DNA from: Opitutales bacterium
GTDB taxonomy: Bacteria; Verrucomicrobiota; Verrucomicrobiia; Opitutales; UBA9783
Assembly: GCA_024407725.1 (NCBI GenBank)
Contig: JAKSVZ010000014.1
Span: 1 to 22,525, forward strand
Direction: 5' to 3'
DNA length: 22,525 bases
The notes under the pieces were generated by a model, which did no database searches, was not told where the DNA came from, and saw nothing but the letters and a program-made list of their open reading frames with translations. Positions 1 through 8,920 of the stretch are shown one piece after another. The position numbers and the translations under genes were made by a program. Each line of letters starts with the position of its first letter. Within the stretch, counting starts at the first letter, position 1.

Positions 1-55
1 GGAACCCTTATTGCGGGAACCCTTATTGCGGGAACCCTTATTGCGGGAACCCTTA
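1..55. repeat. Tandem repeat with a 15-nt unit GGAACCCTTATTGCG, 3 full copies plus a 10-nt partial copy, truncated by the window edge
   Basis: Direct reading: 1-15, 16-30 and 31-45 are identical, and 46-55 repeats the first 10 nt. The unit length is a multiple of 3. Frames stay open on both strands, for example + frame 1 gives (GTLIA)n-GTLKKF with TGA at 64-66, and the - strand ATG at 92 gives MLAWHKNRIQNFL(RVPAI)n. It could therefore be coding or non-coding. Confidence 0.9.
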
Positions 56-117
56 AAAAATTTTGAATGCGATTTTTATGCCATGCAAGCATTTTTTATT
101 TAAAGGAAGAACGGTGG

Positions 118-145
118 TTGATAAACGCGTTAAATTAGCTTTAAT
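118..145 (+). promoter_or_regulatory. Candidate sigma-70-type promoter upstream of the OstA/LptA-like gene (TTGATA, 16 nt, TTTAAT)
   Basis: TTGATA at 118-123 and TTTAAT at 140-145, each 5/6 to consensus with a 16-nt spacer. It would leave only a ~5-nt leader before the ATG at 157, and no Shine-Dalgarno is visible. Hexamer matching by eye only. Confidence 0.25.
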
Positions 146-156
146 GGTAATGAAAA

Positions 157-1134
157 ATGCGTTATTGGTGGGTACTTTTATTAGGGTTCATTCCGTTTTA
201 TAAGCTAGAGGCGGCAGATGAGTTATTTCGCTTTCAATCGAATGCGCCGATTCAAAAGTTTTCGATGCCGTTTTTCAATGAATTTGGGGTGCAAACGTGG
301 CTGTGTACTGGGGATGAGGTGCGGTACGGAGTAGATGGACGGTTTCAGGTTAGCAATTTAACGTTAATGCTGTTTAATCCGCGCGACAAAGCTTCGGTGG
401 ATGTATTGATTCGCAGTGAAGATGCTATTGTTTCTCCTGCCATGCATCAGGTGACAGGGGAATCCTTGCTGACGGTTACCCACGCGCATTATGTGTTGGT
501 TGGGGAGCAATGGGTATGGGAAGAAAAGGATGCGGACGCGCTATGTTCGAAGATTCGTATTGGGAAAAAAGCGAGTGTTATCTTTTATGAAGGGACGCGT
601 TCGCGCACCAGTATTTCGAGCGACCGCATGGTCTTGTTGCGCTTTATCGACCGCAATGAATTTCAGTTTGAAGGGCATGTGGTGATTAAAAGCGACCGTT
701 TTTATGGATCTTGTGAACGCATGTGGGTTTGTTCGCAATCGGAGGAACAAGCCCGATTGCAGTATCTATTCCCTCGGTGGAGTTATACGCAACCGCATAC
801 CAAGGTACCCCTGCGTTGCTTTTGTTGGGCGCTTCAGGTACAGCATTCCTTTGAGGTTTTGGAGTATATTGGCAAGATTAAGCTGATTATTGCGCGCCAG
901 CATGTGTTTTTGCAGGTGGAGGATCCAAAAACAGGAGAGATTCGAAAGGCCAACTCGCAGAAGGCTGTTATTGAGCCAACCTTGGGAGAATTGGTGCTGA
1001 CGGGCAATGTGGTGGTTAACTGTTCGCAGCAAGGGACCTTTAGGGGCGAAAAAGTTACGTTTTATAAAGAATCGGAACGGGTTTTGGTAGAAAAAGCTAA
1101 ACAAAGTAAGCGTTCCCGAGTAATATTAGACTAA
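157..1134 (+). CDS. OstA/LptA-family LPS transport protein, unusually long at 325 aa (possible LptC-like plus LptA-like modules in one chain)
   Basis: N-terminal hydrophobic anchor or signal MRYWWVLLLGFIPFY. The C-terminal segment ELVLTGNVVVNCSQQGTFRGEKVTFYKESERVLVE and the internal ISSDRMVLLRFIDRNEFQFEGHVVIKSDRFYGSCERMWV match the LptA/OstA beta-jellyroll pattern. Its stop TAA (1132-1134) directly abuts the lptB ATG (1135), as in lptC-lptA-lptB operons. Confidence 0.7.
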   Translation: MRYWWVLLLGFIPFYKLEAADELFRFQSNAPIQKFSMPFFNEFGVQTWLCTGDEVRYGVDGRFQVSNLTLMLFNPRDKASVDVLIRSEDAIVSPAMHQVTGESLLTVTHAHYVLVGEQWVWEEKDADALCSKIRIGKKASVIFYEGTRSRTSISSDRMVLLRFIDRNEFQFEGHVVIKSDRFYGSCERMWVCSQSEEQARLQYLFPRWSYTQPHTKVPLRCFCWALQVQHSFEVLEYIGKIKLIIARQHVFLQVEDPKTGEIRKANSQKAVIEPTLGELVLTGNVVVNCSQQGTFRGEKVTFYKESERVLVEKAKQSKRSRVILD

Positions 1135-1875
1135 ATGATTATGGAAACGGCAAATCCATCGATTACGGTTAATCAGCTGGTAAAAACTTATGGGGCACGC
1201 GATGTAGTGCGCGGGGTTGATATGGCGATTAAAGCAGGCGAAATCGTTGGGTTATTAGGTCCCAATGGTGCGGGAAAAACCACCTGTTTCTATATGATTG
1301 TTGGGTTGATTGAAGCGACGAAGGGAAAAGTTTTTTTCAATGAAGAAGATATTACCCAAATGCCCATGTATCAACGGGCGCGTATGGGAATTGGGTATTT
1401 GCCGCAAGAGCCGTCTATCTTTCGCAAATTGAGCGTTGAGGATAATATCCGTGCGATTTTAGAAACCTTAACTTTATCCAAGATGGAGATTGAGGAACAA
1501 ACCCGCTCCTCATTGGCTTATTTAGGGCTCACCAAGGTCGCCAAGCAGAAAGCGTATACCTTAAGCGGTGGCGAAAGAAGACGTTTGGAAATCACCCGTG
1601 CGCTATTGACCCATCCCAAATTCTTATTGATGGACGAGCCATTCAGCGGAGTAGATCCCATCAGTGTTCAAGAGGTACAGGCTATTATTTTGCAATTGAA
1701 ACAGCAATCCATCGGCGTGTTGATTACCGACCATAACGTACGGGAAACCTTACGGGTGGTTGACCGTGCGTATTTGTTGTACGACGGCAAGGTGCTTTGT
1801 TCAGGCGACCGCGATACGTTGTTAAACGACCCCAATAGCCGCAAATTCTACTTAGGTGAAGGATTCGAAGCTTAA
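1135..1875 (+). CDS. lptB: LPS export ABC transporter ATP-binding protein LptB
   Basis: Walker A GPNGAGKTT, signature LSGGERRRLE, Walker B LLMDEPFSGVDP, H-loop ITDHNVRE. Size (246 aa) and the C-terminal KFYLGEGF tail are typical of LptB, and it lies immediately downstream of the OstA-like gene. Confidence 0.93.
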   Translation: MIMETANPSITVNQLVKTYGARDVVRGVDMAIKAGEIVGLLGPNGAGKTTCFYMIVGLIEATKGKVFFNEEDITQMPMYQRARMGIGYLPQEPSIFRKLSVEDNIRAILETLTLSKMEIEEQTRSSLAYLGLTKVAKQKAYTLSGGERRRLEITRALLTHPKFLLMDEPFSGVDPISVQEVQAIILQLKQQSIGVLITDHNVRETLRVVDRAYLLYDGKVLCSGDRDTLLNDPNSRKFYLGEGFEA

Positions 1876-2014
1876 AAGGTGATATTTAGATTCTTTTGCT
1901 GCGCACAATGCGTGCGGTTAGATAGTAGCGCTTTTTTCTAAAAAACAACGCCTGAAAAACTTTACGTTCGAGCAGGGAACCAAAGGCTAACGACAAAAGC
2001 TTTCAGAAACGCCC

Positions 2015-2035
2015 CTAAGCATGGGCAATGCTCAG
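2015..2035 (-). terminator. Weak hairpin just downstream of the rpoD stop (possible terminator)
   Basis: CTAAGCAT (2015-2022) pairs with ATGCTCAG (2028-2035), giving an 8-bp stem with one G.U and a 5-nt loop. It starts 4 nt after the rpoD stop on the minus strand, but no immediate U-tract follows. Confidence 0.25.
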
Positions 2036-2039
2036 CCAA

Positions 2040-3869
2040 TTAGTTGCGTTTGGATACTCTTTTGGTTTTTGCAGGCTTTGTACCCTTTTCGCCCGCTTCT
2101 TCTTGGGCGCTAAGGCTTCCATTGGGATTTAAATGCAACTGACGCAGCTGTTCCAACAAGGCTTTGTTGTCTGCGCGGCGATTTTTTTCCAAAATCTCAT
2201 CAATAGCGCTTTGGCTGATCGTATCCTCTTCTTCCAAAAATCCTTTGATTTGATGGATACGCATAGGATGGCGCATCTTACGCAGGGCTTTTGCTTCAAT
2301 TTGACGGATACGTTCGCGGGTTACTTGGAATTTCTTGCCCACCTCTTCTAGCGTGTGGCTATAACCGCCATTTAAACCAAAACGCAGGACAATGACGCTG
2401 CGTTCGCGTTCAGTTAGGGTATCCAAAACCGCCAAAAACCGTTCTTTCAAGAGGTTATAAGCAGCAATTTCGGAAGGATTACCGCTGGATTTATCTTCAA
2501 TAAAATCACCTACGCAACTATCTTCGTTGGTGCTGGTTGGACTTTGTAACGAGATAGGTTGTTGAGCCATCTTAAAGACGTTTTTCGCCGTATCAACCGG
2601 TATTTGAGCGGCTTCTGCAATTTCTTCAATCGTTGGGTCATAACCCAGCTCTTGGAACAATTGTTTTTGCGCTTGAGTTAGCTTATTCAACACTTCAATC
2701 ATGTGAACCGGCATACGAATCGTACGCGCTTGATCAGCGATAGAACGCGTAATGGATTGACGAATCCACCACGTAGCATAGGTCGAAAACTTATACCCGC
2801 GGATATATTCAAATTTTTCAACCGCGCGCATTAGACCGACATTTCCTTCTTGGATTAAATCGAGGAAGGATAAGCCGCGATTGGTGTATTTTTTGGCAAT
2901 ACTGATGACCAAACGTAGGTTGGATTCAACCATTTTGGATTTTGCAGCGTCGGCCTTTTGGGTATTCGACCGAACCACTTGCACCATTTTAACGAAATCG
3001 CTAGGTTTTATGCGCAATTGATACTCAATTTCCTGCAAACGCTTTTTCATTTCGTTTTTAGGTAATGCTTGAGGATCGTTTGCCGGAATTCCGTCTTTTA
3101 AATATTTATTGTATTTTTCGATTTCTCGAACGGTAGGAGAGTACTGATCTAAGAAATCTTCAAACAGCTTTAGTTTGAAACAGAACTTTTTGAAAATAGG
3201 CTTTAAATGGCGCTCATACTCATGGTAACGCTTGAATAACGTTTCCTTTTTCTTGGCATTGCTTTCATCCCAGTATTTTTGCCATAACGTATTGATTTGG
3301 GTTTTGAGCGTTTTGCATTGATTGATTAATTTCGGCAGATCTTCATAATACTCTGCGCGATTCATGACTTTTTTCTCAATCACCAATTGATCAAAGCGTT
3401 CGTTATGATCGATCAATTTATTCGCCAAATCCAATTGATAATCAAGGGATAAGGAGAATGAAAATAGTTGATCAAACGCAGTATGTTCTGCCTGCTCAAT
3501 ATCCTTTGAAATTTGAATTTCTTGTTCGTAGGTCAACAATGGGATCGAACCCATTTGTTTGAGGTACATGCGAACAGGATCTTCTACTCCATCGGGCGTA
3601 CTACTTAAAGCTGCATCGATTTCCTCATCTTTGTCAGAAGACAAAATATCTTCTTCCGCCGTATCGATTACCTTAATGTGTAATCCCTCGAGGATGTTAA
3701 CGACCTTTTCGAGTTCGCTGGCAATCGCAATGGTATCCGGTAAAATACGACTGATGTCTTGAATCGATACAGTCGATTTTTGTTGCTTCGATAGATCGAT
3801 GAGCTGACGGATTTTTTCGTCTAAAATCTCATCCGCTTTAATAACTTTTACCTTGCGAGAAAATGGCAT
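2040..3869 (-). CDS. rpoD: Primary RNA polymerase sigma factor (sigma-70 family, RpoD), 609 aa
   Basis: Region 1.2 [11 protein letters not shown], region 2 [55 protein letters not shown], region 4.2 [29 protein letters not shown]. It sits directly downstream of dnaG with a 12-nt gap, as in the classical dnaG-rpoD operon. Confidence 0.97.
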   Translation of the reverse strand: MPFSRKVKVIKADEILDEKIRQLIDLSKQQKSTVSIQDISRILPDTIAIASELEKVVNILEGLHIKVIDTAEEDILSSDKDEEIDAALSSTPDGVEDPVRMYLKQMGSIPLLTYEQEIQISKDIEQAEHTAFDQLFSFSLSLDYQLDLANKLIDHNERFDQLVIEKKVMNRAEYYEDLPKLINQCKTLKTQINTLWQKYWDESNAKKKETLFKRYHEYERHLKPIFKKFCFKLKLFEDFLDQYSPTVREIEKYNKYLKDGIPANDPQALPKNEMKKRLQEIEYQLRIKPSDFVKMVQVVRSNTQKADAAKSKMVESNLRLVISIAKKYTNRGLSFLDLIQEGNVGLMRAVEKFEYIRGYKFSTYATWWIRQSITRSIADQARTIRMPVHMIEVLNKLTQAQKQLFQELGYDPTIEEIAEAAQIPVDTAKNVFKMAQQPISLQSPTSTNEDSCVGDFIEDKSSGNPSEIAAYNLLKERFLAVLDTLTERERSVIVLRFGLNGGYSHTLEEVGKKFQVTRERIRQIEAKALRKMRHPMRIHQIKGFLEEEDTISQSAIDEILEKNRRADNKALLEQLRQLHLNPNGSLSAQEEAGEKGTKPAKTKRVSKRN

Positions 3870-3881
3870 GATTAACGAAAA

Positions 3882-5711
3882 TTATTGGATATATACATGT
3901 GAAGCAACTTTAGACAGTTCTTGTTTGCAGGCGTTGCGATCGGCTTGTAGTTTTTGAATGGAATGCTCGTTTAAATTAACAGATTCTGAAAGCATTTTGT
4001 CAATTTTGTAAAGCGATTTTTTTAAAAACCGCCGGTGGAGTTGCTGGAGCACAAAGTTTAACGTTTCCAGTGCGTGCTTGGTATCTAAATAGGGTGCGGC
4101 TAGCGCATGGGACCATAGTTCAACTTCTTCGGGGGTTAATTGCCAGCGCGAGCGATCCTGTAGCGAACTAATGCCGTTTGTTTGAAATTCACTCAGTATT
4201 TTTACGAGCAACTGGCCGGTTGGATGAGTGGTATCGATCCAATCGAGCGATAATTGTTCAATGAGTTGCGGAGTCCATTGGGGAGTCTGAAAAAGTGCCT
4301 GCAAGATTTGTCCTTCTAAGGTAGCTATGCTGGGCTTGGAATCAGCAGGGGTTGTTGGGTTTTCGGCGGTTGGAGTGGTTTGCAACTGTTGCAATTCAGC
4401 TTCCAAAATCCTTTGGGGTATTCCTAGGGTGACCGATAATTCATTCAATAGGTCGAAGCGCAAGACAGGGGAAGTGCAGCGCGCAATAATCGGCAGTAGG
4501 TGTTTGAGCACTTGCTGTTGAACACGATTTGGAGTGTATTCGCGGGCTATTGACTGGAAAAATTGAATGGGGGTTTGAGCTTCAGGAACAATCGCTTGAG
4601 CTAATGCTGGTCGTTTCAACAAAGCACTATCGGGGTCTTCGGTACTGGCTAAACGGTAATAATGAATTGGAATTTCGAGTGGAATTCCTAAGGTCATTAA
4701 GCGAACTCCAGCTTTAATACCGGCTGCATCTCCATCGAACAGTCCGACAATGGGGGTATCGTAGCGCTTGATCAACTTCAGCTGTTCTTCGGTCAGTCCC
4801 GTTCCTTGAGGAGCAACGGCTGTTTTGAGTCCGCATTCCCAACAACGGATGACGTCCATAGGGCCTTCAACCAAAAAGAATGGCTGATCGGGTTGATTGG
4901 CTTGCCGCGCACGGTGCAAATTAAAGACCGTATGCCCTTTAACAAACAAAGGAGTTTCGGGAGAATTAACATACTTAGATTCTTGCGTTGGGTCATTCGG
5001 ATTGGAGATGAAGGGCAGATGGCGTCCGGAAAATGCAATGACGCGCCCTTGAATATCGTGAATGGGGATGATTAAGCGTCCCTGAAAGCGCGAAACCAAT
5101 GCGTTTTGTGGCCGCTTGGGCTGATAGAACAATCCGCTTTGTACGAGGTCTTCATAGGTAGCTCCTTCATGACGGAGCGTGTTAAACAGTTCGGTGGGAT
5201 TGGTTGAAGCAAATCCTATTTCGAACATCCGTGCGGTTTCTAGCTTAAAATGCCGCTCATGTTGCCAAAAATCTTGTACTTTGTGCGCCAAGGGATCGTC
5301 CATCCAAAAACGCTGCTGAAAGAGTTGATGAGCGCGGGCATAGAGCTGCAATAGAGCTTTTTTTTGTGCTGCAGCAGAGGGTGTTCCCGTTTTAGAATGG
5401 CCGGATGTAGATGCTTCGTATTCTAACGGAATCGAAAACTTTTCGCAGATCCATTCAACGCTTTCGGGGAAAGACAATTGTTCTTTGAGCATTAAAAACC
5501 AAAACATATCGCCTGCGTTGTGACTGCTGTAGCACGTAAAAATGTTCTTTTGAACATCGATGAAAAACGATGGAGTTTTTTCGTGCGTAAACGGACTGAG
5601 CCCTTTTAAATAGCGACCGCAGCGTTTTAATTGCGTATAGGGGGCAACGACGTCAACTATGGAGACTCGTTGACGAATGTTTTCGATGCAGCTATCTGAA
5701 ATAAAAGTCAC
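3882..5711 (-). CDS. dnaG: DNA primase DnaG, 609 aa
   Basis: HEKTPSF motif, RNA-polymerase core RFQGRLIIPIHDIQGRVIAFSGR, and Toprim motifs FLVEGPMDV and GLFDGDAAG. The N-terminal zinc-binding domain is recognisable but its ligand residues are substituted (see findings). Confidence 0.95.
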   Translation of the reverse strand: MTFISDSCIENIRQRVSIVDVVAPYTQLKRCGRYLKGLSPFTHEKTPSFFIDVQKNIFTCYSSHNAGDMFWFLMLKEQLSFPESVEWICEKFSIPLEYEASTSGHSKTGTPSAAAQKKALLQLYARAHQLFQQRFWMDDPLAHKVQDFWQHERHFKLETARMFEIGFASTNPTELFNTLRHEGATYEDLVQSGLFYQPKRPQNALVSRFQGRLIIPIHDIQGRVIAFSGRHLPFISNPNDPTQESKYVNSPETPLFVKGHTVFNLHRARQANQPDQPFFLVEGPMDVIRCWECGLKTAVAPQGTGLTEEQLKLIKRYDTPIVGLFDGDAAGIKAGVRLMTLGIPLEIPIHYYRLASTEDPDSALLKRPALAQAIVPEAQTPIQFFQSIAREYTPNRVQQQVLKHLLPIIARCTSPVLRFDLLNELSVTLGIPQRILEAELQQLQTTPTAENPTTPADSKPSIATLEGQILQALFQTPQWTPQLIEQLSLDWIDTTHPTGQLLVKILSEFQTNGISSLQDRSRWQLTPEEVELWSHALAAPYLDTKHALETLNFVLQQLHRRFLKKSLYKIDKMLSESVNLNEHSIQKLQADRNACKQELSKVASHVYIQ

Positions 5712-5773
5712 ATCTTTAGAGTGTGTTTGTTTTCATGCAAGGTCAAATGTTTACCCGCATGAGAGCTTAGGGC

Positions 5774-6886
5774 TTAACGAGGAGCGTATTTGCGATAGAG
5801 GACGATACCAGTGACCAACAGGGCTATATTGGGAAACCAAGCGGCTGCAATGGCGGGCAAAAAGCGTTGTCCCCCTAATACATGACCGATTCCGCCTAGT
5901 GCGTAGTACAGGAATAGCAACCCTGCTGCTTTGGATACTCCCACAACCGGACTTGTGCGTACTTGGTTCAACGAAAAGGGAATGGCAATCAGCACGATGA
6001 TGAGGCAGATAAAGGGGCTGGCTAAAATCGATGCGTATTGAATGCGGTGTTCGGTAAAATGCCGATAGTTGCTGGGGAAGAAATGAGTAATGGCGCGCAA
6101 TTCGTGAACCCCTAAAGTTTTTAACGGTTTTGTAATGCAATGCATCAATTGAGGGGTTTCTTCGCAGGTAAAATGGGTATGTTGGAATGGTTCGAAGTGG
6201 GTAGGGTTGGCTTGGTCATCAAAATACCACGTGCGGCCATTATATAAATGCCACGTGCGGTCGGCAGGATTAAAGGTAATGCGTTGCGCTTCTAAACGCT
6301 TCTGTTCTTGACCTTTTGTTAATAGGGTTACGGTAGCAAAGGTGCCTGTTTGGGTATACAAACTGAAACGGTTGATGCGCCATAGACGTCCGGATCTTGG
6401 ATTATAAAAGCACAGGTTGTCTTGAACATTGATTTGGTTATCTTCCTGCGTATTGCGTTTTTGAGCAGCGTAATCGATTTGCTGATGAATATTTTGGGTG
6501 GTTCGTGAGGTGTAGGGCAACAGGTAGCCGTTGAATAGGAACAGGAGCAGCATAAGCGCAACGGCGGCTCCCCAAAGGCTACGGGTGATTGATAGGACGG
6601 TTAATCCGGATGCGCGTAAGGCAATGATTTCCCCATTAGATTGTAGAACGTTTAACGTGTACAGGATGGAGATGAAGAAAGCGATCGGCAGTACCGTTCC
6701 CAAGCAATTAGGCGTAATTAAGGCATAATAAGTGGCAACGGTTTGGAAGGATGCGCCGCGTTCGATGAAATTTTTTAAATTACGCGACATATCTTCCAGC
6801 AGGAGAATGCCTAACGTAAGCCAGATGACGATGAAGAACGCCTTAAGCCATTCCTGTAAAATGTAACGATCGATACGCCTCAGCAT
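5774..6886 (-). CDS. LPS export ABC transporter permease, LptF/LptG (YjgP/YjgQ) family
   Basis: 370-aa membrane protein. N-terminus MLRRIDRYILQEWLKAFFIVIWLTLGILLLED and ...NGEIIALRASGLTV... match the YjgP/YjgQ pattern. A central soluble beta-jellyroll-sized segment lies between TM blocks. I cannot assign F versus G. Confidence 0.85.
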   Translation of the reverse strand: MLRRIDRYILQEWLKAFFIVIWLTLGILLLEDMSRNLKNFIERGASFQTVATYYALITPNCLGTVLPIAFFISILYTLNVLQSNGEIIALRASGLTVLSITRSLWGAAVALMLLLFLFNGYLLPYTSRTTQNIHQQIDYAAQKRNTQEDNQINVQDNLCFYNPRSGRLWRINRFSLYTQTGTFATVTLLTKGQEQKRLEAQRITFNPADRTWHLYNGRTWYFDDQANPTHFEPFQHTHFTCEETPQLMHCITKPLKTLGVHELRAITHFFPSNYRHFTEHRIQYASILASPFICLIIVLIAIPFSLNQVRTSPVVGVSKAAGLLFLYYALGGIGHVLGGQRFLPAIAAAWFPNIALLVTGIVLYRKYAPR

Positions 6887-6889
6887 AGA

Positions 6890-8116
6890 TTAACGATGCT
6901 CTAAAATCGCAAGGCATTCAATATGTTTTGTTTGAGGGAACATATCGAAGGGTTGAATGTGCGTAAGGGTATAGGGGCCTTGCAGGAGGATTTGCAAATC
7001 ACGAGCCTGAGTATCCGGAGCGCACGAAATGTACAAAATCGCTTGGGGTTCAAAGGCAAGCAATTGGGTTAAAAAGTCCGTACAGCTACCCTTGCGCGGT
7101 GGATCCATGATGAGGCAGGTTTTGGCTGCTTCAAACGGTACGTTGGCGAACAAAGCGTTGGCGTTACCTTGGATGAATTCCCCATTGGTAATCGCATTGA
7201 GTTGTAAATTGCGGCGTGCCAAGTGAATTGATTTTTCATCGCTTTCAATGCCGATGAATTGCTTGACTTGGCTTGCTAAGGTAAGCCCAAATACTCCTGT
7301 TCCGCAGTAAGCATCCAATAAAAACTGAACCTTAGGATGTTGTTGTATCCACGTTTTTAAGTGCGTTACTAAGGCATTGAGAATATAGGGATTGTTTTGG
7401 AAAAAGCTGCCAGCGCTGAATTCCAATGTTAACGATTGAACGTTTGCAGTACCTACCGCGTTGCAATGGGTTAAAATGCCATTCTTATCTTCTCGCAACA
7501 AACAGGTACCGTTGCGTGCAGAGGATGCTTGAACTTGAGCGCGTACATCCGGCAGAGCTGCATTAATCGCATCGCTTGCAATAGGACATTGGGGAACATC
7601 CACAATCGTACGGCGTTGGTCAACGGCCAAAAATCCAATCGGGCACTGAGAGCCTCGGCGGTCAAAATGCGGCGTAAGTTTGGTGCGGTAACCATAGGTT
7701 TTTTCAGACGGAACCACCGGCGGTACGTCGGCTTTAATCTTTCCAATGCGTTCCAAACAATCGCTAATCTGTTGGCGTTTCCACTTCAATTGTTCTTCGT
7801 AGGTCAAATGTTGATATTGGCAGCCACCGCAATGACCAAACAGAGGACATTTGGGGGCAATACGATGCGGAGAGGGTTCAAGCACTTCAATTAAATCCGC
7901 TTCGGAATAATTTTTGTGGTTGCGAAAGATGCGTACGCGTACGGTTTCACCCGGTACTACAAAGGGAACCATAACCGCCCAGTTGTTGATGCGACCGATT
8001 CCTCGCCCCTCATTGGTCAGGTTTTGAATATTGAGGGTTAGTTCCTCGTGATACTGAAAAGGAGTGGGGATGAACTTTTTAGGAGCTGCGTCCATGGAAC
8101 GTATGGTTATGCCCAT
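6890..8116 (-). CDS. RNA (uracil-5-)-methyltransferase, RlmD/RumA/TrmA family (TRAM plus Fe-S plus class I SAM MTase)
   Basis: Cys cluster CPLFGHCGGCQYQH plus the downstream CPIA typical of RumA-type 4Fe-4S. SAM-binding LLDAYCGTGVFGL, MDPPRKG, and the catalytic-region ISCAP motif. Confidence 0.88.
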   Translation of the reverse strand: MGITIRSMDAAPKKFIPTPFQYHEELTLNIQNLTNEGRGIGRINNWAVMVPFVVPGETVRVRIFRNHKNYSEADLIEVLEPSPHRIAPKCPLFGHCGGCQYQHLTYEEQLKWKRQQISDCLERIGKIKADVPPVVPSEKTYGYRTKLTPHFDRRGSQCPIGFLAVDQRRTIVDVPQCPIASDAINAALPDVRAQVQASSARNGTCLLREDKNGILTHCNAVGTANVQSLTLEFSAGSFFQNNPYILNALVTHLKTWIQQHPKVQFLLDAYCGTGVFGLTLASQVKQFIGIESDEKSIHLARRNLQLNAITNGEFIQGNANALFANVPFEAAKTCLIMDPPRKGSCTDFLTQLLAFEPQAILYISCAPDTQARDLQILLQGPYTLTHIQPFDMFPQTKHIECLAILEHR

Positions 8117-8120
8117 TCGG

Positions 8121-8912
8121 TTAGATAAGACCGCGAATGGAAGCTTTTTCTAAGAAATCAAAAAAGATGGCTTTTAATTTTGGATAGCTATTGAGCGTTG
8201 CCCAATTGTGAAGCTGCGTAATTGATTGCGACCGATTCCGGTTGGATTCGTATAATACTTTGAAGATGTGCTTAACCACAGCGCATTCTTCGGGCGAAAA
8301 CCCATGGCGTGCCATCCCAACATAATTGTAGCTTTTAACAACGGCTGGGGAACCAAAAGCAATCATAAAGGGCGGTAGGTCTTTTTTGAGGAATGCGTGA
8401 CCGGCTAACATTGCGTGCGTTCCAATGTGGCAAAATTGATGAATAGAGGAATTACCGCCGATATTAGCAGCATTACCGATATGAACATGACCTCCAGTAG
8501 CCACTTGCGCGCTCATGATGATGTTATCCCCCAATTGGCAATCATGACCGACGTGGGAAAAGGCTAGAATGTAATTATGGTTGCCAATAACCGTTGCGTC
8601 GCCGTCGGCTGTTGCGGTGTGAATCGAAACATATTCGCGAAATACATTATGATTGCCGATGGTTAAAAAACAACGACCTCCCTTGTACTTTAAATCATGG
8701 GTTTTGGCTCCAATAAAGCTGTAGGGATGAATTTCGTTATCCGTGCCTAGGGTGGTATATCCATCGACAGTTGCGTGATGTTCTACCCTGCAACGGTCTC
8801 CCAGCTGTACGTTAGCGCCAATATAAGCGTAGGGTCCTACAAATACCTGTGTCCCTAATTGCGCACCGGTCTCAACAATAGCGGTTGGATGAATAAAGGT
8901 TGTGGTATTCAT
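8121..8912 (-). CDS. lpxA: Acyl-ACP--UDP-N-acetylglucosamine O-acyltransferase LpxA
   Basis: IHPTAIVETGAQLG start, hexapeptide-repeat left-handed beta-helix pattern throughout, HDLKYKG, SHVGHDC and GGHVHIGN motifs. 263 aa, located after lpxC/fabZ. Confidence 0.93.
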   Translation of the reverse strand: MNTTTFIHPTAIVETGAQLGTQVFVGPYAYIGANVQLGDRCRVEHHATVDGYTTLGTDNEIHPYSFIGAKTHDLKYKGGRCFLTIGNHNVFREYVSIHTATADGDATVIGNHNYILAFSHVGHDCQLGDNIIMSAQVATGGHVHIGNAANIGGNSSIHQFCHIGTHAMLAGHAFLKKDLPPFMIAFGSPAVVKSYNYVGMARHGFSPEECAVVKHIFKVLYESNRNRSQSITQLHNWATLNSYPKLKAIFFDFLEKASIRGLI

Positions 8913-8920
8913 GGCTAACG

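Noticed and set aside
1-55. Whether the 15-nt repeats are a CRISPR array
   Set aside because: The copies are directly adjacent with no spacers, the unit is far shorter than CRISPR repeats, and no cas genes are in the window. It is a simple tandem repeat.
1902-1916. A hairpin CGCAC-AATGC-GTGCG downstream of lptB, considered as a terminator
   Set aside because: The stem is only 5 bp and no adjacent T-run follows. The T6 run at ~1925 is 9 nt away and not preceded by a stable stem.
5751-6140. A 129-aa ORF overlapping the 3' part of the lptF/G gene, and similar overlapping or antisense ORFs at 491-1104, 4327-5075, 7029-7894, 9096-9974, 11179-11436, 13316-14236, 14834-16676 and 18259-18697
   Set aside because: All are nested in or antisense to CDSs with strong family signatures. 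Their translations are low-complexity or Arg/Cys/Ser-rich, as is typical of off-frame reading, so I treat them as spurious.
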